DNA of 64,000 nt from Entomortierella parvispora E1425 (taxonomy: Eukaryota; Fungi; Mortierellomycota): NCBI GenBank assembly GCA_020891255.1, contig BQFW01000013.1, forward strand, positions 1,240,001 through 1,304,000. Direction: 5' to 3'. Under the pieces are notes generated by a model. It worked only from the letters and a program-made list of their open reading frames with translations. It had not been told where the DNA came from and searched no databases. This document shows, in pieces, positions 56,613 to 64,000 of this stretch (position 1 is its first letter; the number at the start of each line of letters is the position of its first letter). Made by a program: the position numbers and the translations under genes.

Positions 56613-58683
56613 TTATTCCGTCCTGTTGTTGCGCAAGTTCTGGCGACGCTTGCTCGCGTCCAACTCTCTCTTTCTGATACGAAGAGATGATTGGGTGATC
56701 TCCAAGACCTCGTCGCCAGCAATATAGGAGATCATGGACTCCAAGCTCATCTCCACTGGGGGTCTCAGCACAATGTTGTCGTCCTTGGCAACTGTACGGA
56801 TATTCGTCACCTGCTTGGCACGGGTAGGGTTTACCTCCAAATCTCCAGCTCTGGATGACTCTCCAATGACCATACCGGCATAGACCTTGTCACCGGGACG
56901 AACAAACAATTTGCCACGGGGCTCGATCAAGTTCAAGGCATACGAAGTGGCAGATCCAGAAGATCCCATAGCGACCAAAGATCCCTTACGGGTTCTCTCC
57001 AGACCTCCCTTGAAAGGAGCGTATTCCAAGAAGGTGTGGTTCAAAGTTCCGTCTCCACTGGTGTCGTTCTTGAACTCTGCAGAGTATCCGAGCAAACCGC
57101 GAGTAGGGCACTCAAAGACCAAACGGGTCTTGTCACCGTTCTCATCGAAAGCCTTCAACTCAGCCTTGCGCTTGCTCAACTTCTCAATAATCGTTCCGGT
57201 GTACTGAGATCCAACATCAATGGTGACCTCCTCGATAGGCTCCAAACGCTGACCAGCATCCTCCTTGTAGACGACACGAGGGGGGGAAACCGAGAGCTCG
57301 AATCCCTCGCGACGCATGGTCTCGATCAAAACTCCAAGCTGCAACTCTCCACGGCCACGGACCTCAAAAGCCTCCTTGTTCTCAGACTCGATGACCTGGA
57401 GGGCAACGTTGGTCTCTGCCTCCTTCAACAAACGGTCCTTGATCATGTTTGAGGTCAGGTTCTTGCCCTCCTCTCCAGCGTATGGCGAATCGTTGACAGA
57501 GAACTTCATGGCAATGGTGGGGGGATCGATAGGGTTGGACTATAGACAGCAATCAAGATGTAGATGGGTTAGCAGTGAGTTCCTTGACAAGTTATACACA
57601 TCCTTGATAGCAAAATCGAAGCACAGTCGTTAACATACAGGAAGAGGCTCCGTGACAGTAAGGTCGCAAAGGGTCGAGTTGACAGAGGCATTGGCAATAC
57701 CAGAGACAGTGACAATATCGCCGGCACCAGCCTCATCCACAGGAATCATCTCCAATCCGCGGCGCACAAAGATCTTTGTCACACGTCCAGATTCGGTCTG
57801 CTTGCCCTCAGGGTTCAATGCCTGCATCTTGTCTCCGATCTTCAACACACCTCCAGTAATCTTGCCCAAGAAACACTTTCCAAGGTAAGGGTTGCTGTCG
57901 ATCTGGGTCACCAGCATTTTGAAGGAATCCGAGCGGTCAACCTTTGGTGCAGGAACATGCTCGACAATAAGATCCAACAAAGGTCTCATGTTTTCACGAG
58001 CAGCGTCGATATCACGGGTAGCCCAGCCCTCCTTAGCACTGGCATAGACGATGGGATAATCCATTTGCTCATCCGTAGCTCCAAGAGATCCGAACAAGTC
58101 GAGCAACAGTCCATCAACAACATCTACACGAGATGTGGGGCGATCGACCTTGTTGAGAACGACGAGTGGACGAAGACCCAACGACAAGGCCTTGTTCAAG
58201 ACGAACTTTGTCTGGGTCATAGGTCCCTCACTGGCATCTACCATTACGAAAGTCAAAGGAGATTAGCATTTGCACTCTAGAGAGGAGCACTTGGATGAGG
58301 GACAAGGAGAAGTCATACCAACGATCAAAGCAACACCATCGACCATAGACAAGATACGCTCGACCTCTCCACCGAAATCGGCGTGCCCAGGAGTATCTAG
58401 TAACAGAAGGTCAACGTTAGTTTTAGATCCAAGCGACCGAATAGGCGTGCTCAACATTACTTCCACTGTGCGAAGACGTACCAACAATGTTGATCTTCAT
58501 GGCCTGGTTATCAGTGGTGTTGTAAACGACTGAGGTGACCTTGCTGAGAATGGTGATTCCTCTCTCCTTTTCCAAAGTGTTCGAGTCCATGACACGAGTC
58601 GATCCCAAAGCCTCTCCTGACTGAGCCAACAGCTTGTCGACAAGCGAGGTCTTTCCGTGATCGACGTGAGCTGTAGTGGACAT

Positions 58684-58720
<37 letters not shown>

Positions 58721-59151
58721 AGACGTCAGGGCACAGTCTCGTAAAGCTTATCGATCCACCAGCAGCTGTAGGATATTGTCTTCAAATGATTCTGATCTCT
58801 CGGTAGTAGAAAAGAAGCCAAAGCAAGGCCTACATCCTTACCAATGATAGCAATGTTACGAATGTTCTCAACAGGCATCATATCCTGGACCGAGAGAACA
58901 GGGGTCTCCTCCTGGGCGGCAGCGCTCGACGAGTAGCACCGACGAAGGAATTGAGTGCCTGAGGCAGGGGCAGCACCAAAAGAGGTTCTGGCCATGAGCA
59001 TGCTCAAACGCTGACCGTGAATCCTGGCAGCATTCCTGAGGAGGGGACGGGCATTCGAGGAGGACGAGGAGACGGTGGTCAAAGTCCTGGAGGAAGGGAA
59101 GGACAACTTGTTCAAGTTGGCATTCCTGAGGGCAGGACGGAGAGCAAACAT
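56613..59151 (-). CDS. typA: Mitochondrial TypA/BipA translational GTPase, multi-exon
   Basis: Arg/Ser-rich presequence, IRNIAII|[51 protein letters not shown], and the BipA C-terminal domain LRIRK. Confidence 0.93.
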
Positions 59152-60363
59152 TGTGGGGGGAAGAAGACAATGAGAATACGACAAGGACGGTGGGGGGAGA
59201 GGAATAGAATGGAACGGAGAGAGTCGAAGAGGAGGACGAGGACGAGGAAGGAGAGGAGAGGAGAGGAGAGGTGGGAGGGAGGGAGGAAGGAAAGAAGAGG
59301 GTGAGTGAGTGAAAGGTGGGAGAAAAAGAAAAAAAGAAAAAGGAAGCCAGTGCAGTGCTGTAGTGTCCCTCTCTCGGAGACGATATTCCCTCATTCGGAG
59401 ACCGACAGTGGGCCACAGAGGGGACTTTTTGCGACTGCGACAGGGACAGGGACAGGGACGGGGACAGGGCAGCAGAGACATCCTAAGCCACCCGATTTGT
59501 TGACATCCGTGTTGCAGGCGCGTAGTGCGGGCCCTTGGAGCCACGCATTTTTACCGTAGGTCAAGCACAAGAATGTCTGTCTGTCTCTTTATTATTTGGT
59601 TTTTGCAAGTTGGATCCTGGGTCTGGTTGTCCGCACCTCGCTCTTTTGTTGTCTTGGTGCCAATGGTGTAAACAGTGGTGTTGTCGGAGGATGGAGAGAA
59701 ACCAAAAGATCGCAAAACTGCACAGGTGTTCGTTCAAATTGTATAATATTCCAGGTCTGTCAAGACGGCACGGGCTAAGCAGATAATTATCGAACATGGG
59801 GATCAAATCGACCATTAGTTTGCATTCTCCTCTCAAAAACAGTTACAGCCTTGCTGCTTCCAGACAATGCTTCAACATTCTCAAGGCTCTTCTACAGCAT
59901 CCTGTGAAAGTAATGGCGGATCAAAAGTCCTCGCGCAAGTCTCCTTTCCATGCTGTACAACTGTGCAGCCACTCCAACAGCCATATTCTATCCTCACATT
60001 CCTGACTCTTGTCGACAGACACGACGTCCGTTTATCCATGATAGTGTTTGGCAATAACATTAGAAAGCTTACCCAAAGGTATATTAGACAATGGTCAAAG
60101 AAGGGTGTCCTCTTAAGGCATTGACTCCCAATATCCATCTTGATTGTTCCTTTCCTGTATTCAAGTTCGGCTCTGTGCATCCTCTTTCATCCAGTCTCTC
60201 TTGATTCAAACTACCGCTGCTTTTCCATCGTCCATGCATCAATTGTAAAAAATAAAAAAAAGAGCTCCTCACGCCTTCCATTCCATCGTCCTCCTCGACC
60301 TCATCCGCTTTTATCTATATCACGTCGTTCCGTTCTGTATTGCCTAGTCGCGCTGGAGCCGAC

Positions 60364-60555
60364 TTAATGGTGAGCCTCGCCGTGGTGAGCGTCAGCCTTG
60401 GGTGCCGTGACGTACTCGTAACCAAGGTAGGCAGCAAAGGCGACAGTCGCGATTCCGAGACCGGGGAACATGCTTCCGAGGCGAGCGGAGCGGGTGAAAA
60501 GAGCATGTTTGCGCCAGGCGTGGTGCTTAGCCCAGGGATCTTGAAATGAGGCCAT
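60364..60555 (-). CDS. NDUFB3: NADH:ubiquinone oxidoreductase B12 subunit
   Basis: DPWAKHHAWR...MFPGLGIATVAFAAYLGYE. Confidence 0.92.
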   Translation of the reverse strand: MASFQDPWAKHHAWRKHALFTRSARLGSMFPGLGIATVAFAAYLGYEYVTAPKADAHHGEAHH

Positions 60556-60726
60556 GATGTGAATTATAAAGAGAGGAGAGTGGAGGTGAAGAGATGATGA
60601 TCTGGACGGATTTCCGGACATCGGACAAAGAGTTTCCGAGTGCCTGCTGGCTGCACGTGATCTCTATTCTTGACCTTTTTTTTAAATAAAAAAGTTTTAT
60701 TCGCGATCTTTTTTTTTTTTCTTCTG

Positions 60727-62823
60727 CTACAACCACTCGTGCCGGGACAACAGCTTGCGATTCAAGTACTGGATCAATGGGGGTACTGAGGCAAGCTGTG
60801 ATTGCTGCCTGTTATCTACCAGACAAAGGCTTTGAATCTCGGATTTTCGATTTAGGTGCAGCATCCTTGAAATCTCGCTCTTCCAGCGATCATGGTTCTT
60901 CACAAGAGGGTGTTCTGTCAAGAGCTTGACTAGCTTTGTTCTGTCTTTGCGGGTTAACGGTATCAATGATCGTCGAAACTGCTCTTGAATATTGCTGGAT
61001 ATGATATCGTTCTCTGAAGATCCGCCAAGTACCTCTCCCCAATCGCTGGCAATCTGTCCAATACACTGCATGGTAGGAATAGCGAGATTGGCGTTGTCAT
61101 AAGCCGACTGGATTGATCCGCATCGGTACGTCAAATAAATTTCAATACCATGGGGATCACAATCCACAAGAGCAAGAAGAGGGATTGTCGCTGAAGAATC
61201 GAGTAGCCTCGGAGGGCGCGATACAATTGCGGATGTCGGCACTTCCAAAGACGTCCAGACTCTGGCATTGATCATATCCGAGATAAGTCGAAGAAGTCGA
61301 CGAGCCGCCTGATCTGGGTACCCTTTGCTTGTCAGGAGGATACATGGCCCATTGGATTCGCAGAACCCCGATGAAATGAGGTTGTGCATCGTCGCTTCCT
61401 TTTCCACCACCAGTACAAAATGCGTTCCGGGATGGATCTCGACTTCGAGGATGTCATCCATATTCACAGGAATCATGACAAGGGTATTGAAATCGGTCTT
61501 TGAAAGAGTATTCTTTTCTGGATCATTATCAACCCCTGACATATACGTGCTGGCCTCCAACGGTGAGGTTTGGTTACTGAATTGAATTTGACGAATATCC
61601 TCCTGTAGCCAACTAGGATCGTTACTCTCAATGCTCGGAGCGATAATGTCCCCTGGGCATATCCTTTTTGCCTTGGTGGAGATGCGAATTGACCCGTAGA
61701 CTGCACTTCGACCGCCTGCAACGACATTCAGGCACGACCTGCTTACCTGTAAAGTACACGCCAAGTCTTCAACGATCCTGTCAACGACATGCTGGGATCG
61801 AAACAGCTGTACATCCTGATAAAAAACGTCGCGCTTTGTGGAGATCGTGCTGTGTAACAAATTTTCATGGATAAGACTGACTATGCGAACTGTCGTCTCG
61901 AACGTGCCGATGTTATTGGCTCCATACCATGCTGTTTTCGTCAATACTTTGTCTGAATGAAGCATTTGTATGCCAGTGCGGTACTCCAGGCTGCCCTGGC
62001 ACTCGTCTGCCGAGCTTCGTTTCCGTCGGATCACTCCAGACTGTTTATCGTACAAGATCGCTTCAGATTTTGTCCTGGACTGTGTCACAACCTTTGGTGG
62101 AAACTGATACGAAAGATCGAACAGGATCTCTGCGACCATCATCTCCAGTTGTTCGAGCACCCACTCGCGAGGTTGCAGTCTTGTCTCCATGAAGTCGACG
62201 TGATCGCCATTTTGAGAGGCAGGATGGGGAGGGATTGGTCTGTCAACCTGCAGCCTTGCCGGACCTGAGCAAAAAGTTCCTTGATCAAAGTTTTCGGATG
62301 ACAAGAGAGATGGAAAGGGCGACGGCGGATATTCAGGACTGCTGCAGATTTCCGCCAGTTCAGACGAGGGGAAGGTCGACGTGCTAAACGACGAGGGGAA
62401 GGTCGACGTGCTAAACGACCATGGTAATGCAGGCATTTGATCCGGTCTGTCAACATCTGACCAGCTGAAGCTATCAAAATCGTCCGTAGTGGAGGGCAGC
62501 CTCATGTCCCATTCACCAAAAGAGTGGATACATTCGTGGTCATCGACATCCTCCTGGTTGGAGACTAGATCATCCTCCACGATGGTACTGCTGATTCCAG
62601 AATACTGGGATTTCTGCCCGTCAGTGTAAAAATCGTCATCAAACAGCATCTCAGATGGAAAGTCGGGCAAGATCTGGAAACCTGAAGATGAAGGCCCATG
62701 GCAAATTGGTGTGAGTGGGTCAGTTGCTGGTTTGATAATTTGGCCTCCATCTAGGTCAAACTCTAGACTGAATTCATCGGATTGTAACGGAGGGACTTCA
62801 TTGTCAGTGGAGAAAGCAGGCAT
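60727..62823 (-). CDS. SPO11: Meiotic recombination protein Spo11, intronless, with long acidic N-terminal extension
   Basis: TKRDVFYQ (catalytic Tyr), VDRIVEDLA, toprim VLVVEKEA, KGYPD and DCDPHG. Confidence 0.93.
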   Translation of the reverse strand: MPAFSTDNEVPPLQSDEFSLEFDLDGGQIIKPATDPLTPICHGPSSSGFQILPDFPSEMLFDDDFYTDGQKSQYSGISSTIVEDDLVSNQEDVDDHECIHSFGEWDMRLPSTTDDFDSFSWSDVDRPDQMPALPWSFSTSTFPSSFSTSTFPSSELAEICSSPEYPPSPFPSLLSSENFDQGTFCSGPARLQVDRPIPPHPASQNGDHVDFMETRLQPREWVLEQLEMMVAEILFDLSYQFPPKVVTQSRTKSEAILYDKQSGVIRRKRSSADECQGSLEYRTGIQMLHSDKVLTKTAWYGANNIGTFETTVRIVSLIHENLLHSTISTKRDVFYQDVQLFRSQHVVDRIVEDLACTLQVSRSCLNVVAGGRSAVYGSIRISTKAKRICPGDIIAPSIESNDPSWLQEDIRQIQFSNQTSPLEASTYMSGVDNDPEKNTLSKTDFNTLVMIPVNMDDILEVEIHPGTHFVLVVEKEATMHNLISSGFCESNGPCILLTSKGYPDQAARRLLRLISDMINARVWTSLEVPTSAIVSRPPRLLDSSATIPLLALVDCDPHGIEIYLTYRCGSIQSAYDNANLAIPTMQCIGQIASDWGEVLGGSSENDIISSNIQEQFRRSLIPLTRKDRTKLVKLLTEHPLVKNHDRWKSEISRMLHLNRKSEIQSLCLVDNRQQSQLASVPPLIQYLNRKLLSRHEWL

Positions 62824-63128
62824 TTGGCATGGAGTGGAAGGAGTGGAAGGAGTGGAAGAAGGAGCTAAAAGTCTAAAACTGGTTCAGCAGGAATTGTTTT
62901 TTTTTTTTTTTTTTTTTGGTGATATTTGAAGTTTATTGTACATGGTAGATATGATGAGAAATGATGCTGGGAGGGAAAGAATGGAGGCAAAAAAGTCGTC
63001 TATGGGTAAAAAAAATTAAAAAGTCATCAAGGATTCGTTATGCATTTGTCCTGTAGGCGATGTCTCTCGTTCCTTCATTCGATCCGGCTCGTTTGCTGGG
63101 ATGTGTGGGAGGTGTAAACCTGTGGTGT

Positions 63129-64000
63129 TTACTCGTAGTCGCTCATGGGTGGGCAAGAGCAAACCAAGTTGCGATCACCATAGCTGTCATCGATGCGGGA
63201 GACAGTGGGGAAAAGCTTGAACTTGTGGAGGTAAGGCAAGGGGTAGGCGGCCTGGAGACGAGAGTAGGTCTTGTTCTTCCAGAACTCGTCATCCTTCATC
63301 AAGACAGCCAAGGTGTGGGGAGCGTTGTTGAGGACGTTGTCCTTCTGGGGCTGCTTTCCATCCTGGACGTCCTGAATCTCAGCACGGATAGCAATCATGG
63401 CATCGCAGAAGCGGTCAAGCTCTTCCTTGCCCTCAGATTCAGTGGGCTCAATCATGAGAGTGTTAGGCACGGGCCAAGACATGGTAGGCGAATGGAAGCC
63501 ATAATCCTGGAGACGCTTGGCAATATCAATAGCCTCGACACCGACAGAGCCGAAGGGACGGATGTCGATGATGAACTCGTGGGCGCACATGCCGTTCTCG
63601 TTGGTGAAGAGGACCTTGTAGTGCTTGCCAAGGCGGTGGGCCATGTAGTTGGCGTTCAAGAGAGCAATCTCAGTGGCGTTCTTGATTCCCTCACCTCCCA
63701 TCATCTTGACATAGGCCCAGGAGATGGGCAAGATCGAAGCCGATCCGTGGGGAGCAGCAGAGATGGGTCCAATGGCCTTCTCTCCTCCAGTCTTGAGGAC
63801 AGGATGGCCGGGAAGGTAAGGAGCCAAGTGAGACTTGACACCAATGGGTCCCATACCAGGTCCTCCACCTCCGTGAGGGATGCAGAAGGTCTTGTGCAAG
63901 TTCAAGTGGCAAACATCAGCGCCAATGTGGCCAGGAGAAGTCAATCCAATCTGGGCGTTCATGTTGGCACCGTCCATGTAAACCTGACCTCCGTTCGAGT
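63129..64000 (-). CDS. GCV2: Glycine cleavage system P protein, 3' part (gene runs off the window)
   Basis: [51 protein letters not shown] and [12 protein letters not shown]. Confidence 0.98.
   Translation of the reverse strand, partial: SNGGQVYMDGANMNAQIGLTSPGHIGADVCHLNLHKTFCIPHGGGGPGMGPIGVKSHLAPYLPGHPVLKTGGEKAIGPISAAPHGSASILPISWAYVKMMGGEGIKNATEIALLNANYMAHRLGKHYKVLFTNENGMCAHEFIIDIRPFGSVGVEAIDIAKRLQDYGFHSPTMSWPVPNTLMIEPTESEGKEELDRFCDAMIAIRAEIQDVQDGKQPQKDNVLNNAPHTLAVLMKDDEFWKNKTYSRLQAAYPLPYLHKFKLFPTVSRIDDSYGDRNLVCSCPPMSDYE

Noticed and set aside
59600-60300. Short ORFs between typA and NDUFB3
   Set aside because: No recognisable protein features. Intergenic.

Overview
Intron-rich fungal genomic DNA. 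The gene content and families suggest a Mortierellaceae-like early-diverging fungus (inference). Conserved genes recognised: CENP-T, ZNHIT2, IDI1, SFH1, NOB1, REV3, TypA/BipA, NDUFB3, SPO11 and a partial GCV2. These are interspersed with accessory genes: two paralogous P450s, a FAD monooxygenase, a sulfatase, an F-box protein, a PD-(D/E)xK-like gene, a degenerate Hsp70, a MYND protein, a small secreted crystallin-like protein, and integrase- and Crypton-derived genes. The main discovery is a ~6.2 kb element (34366-40587) bounded by 15-bp inverted repeats (14/15 match). It holds one multi-exon gene whose N-terminus is an XPG/FEN1-type (PIN) nuclease domain and whose C-terminus is a Fanzor1/TnpB-type RuvC plus zinc finger. 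A ~96-nt candidate omegaRNA region lies between the stop codon and the right repeat, and no transposase is recognisable. As assembled, the fusion has one unresolved frame break near 36.9 kb. All assignments come from motif recognition by eye; no database searches were run.
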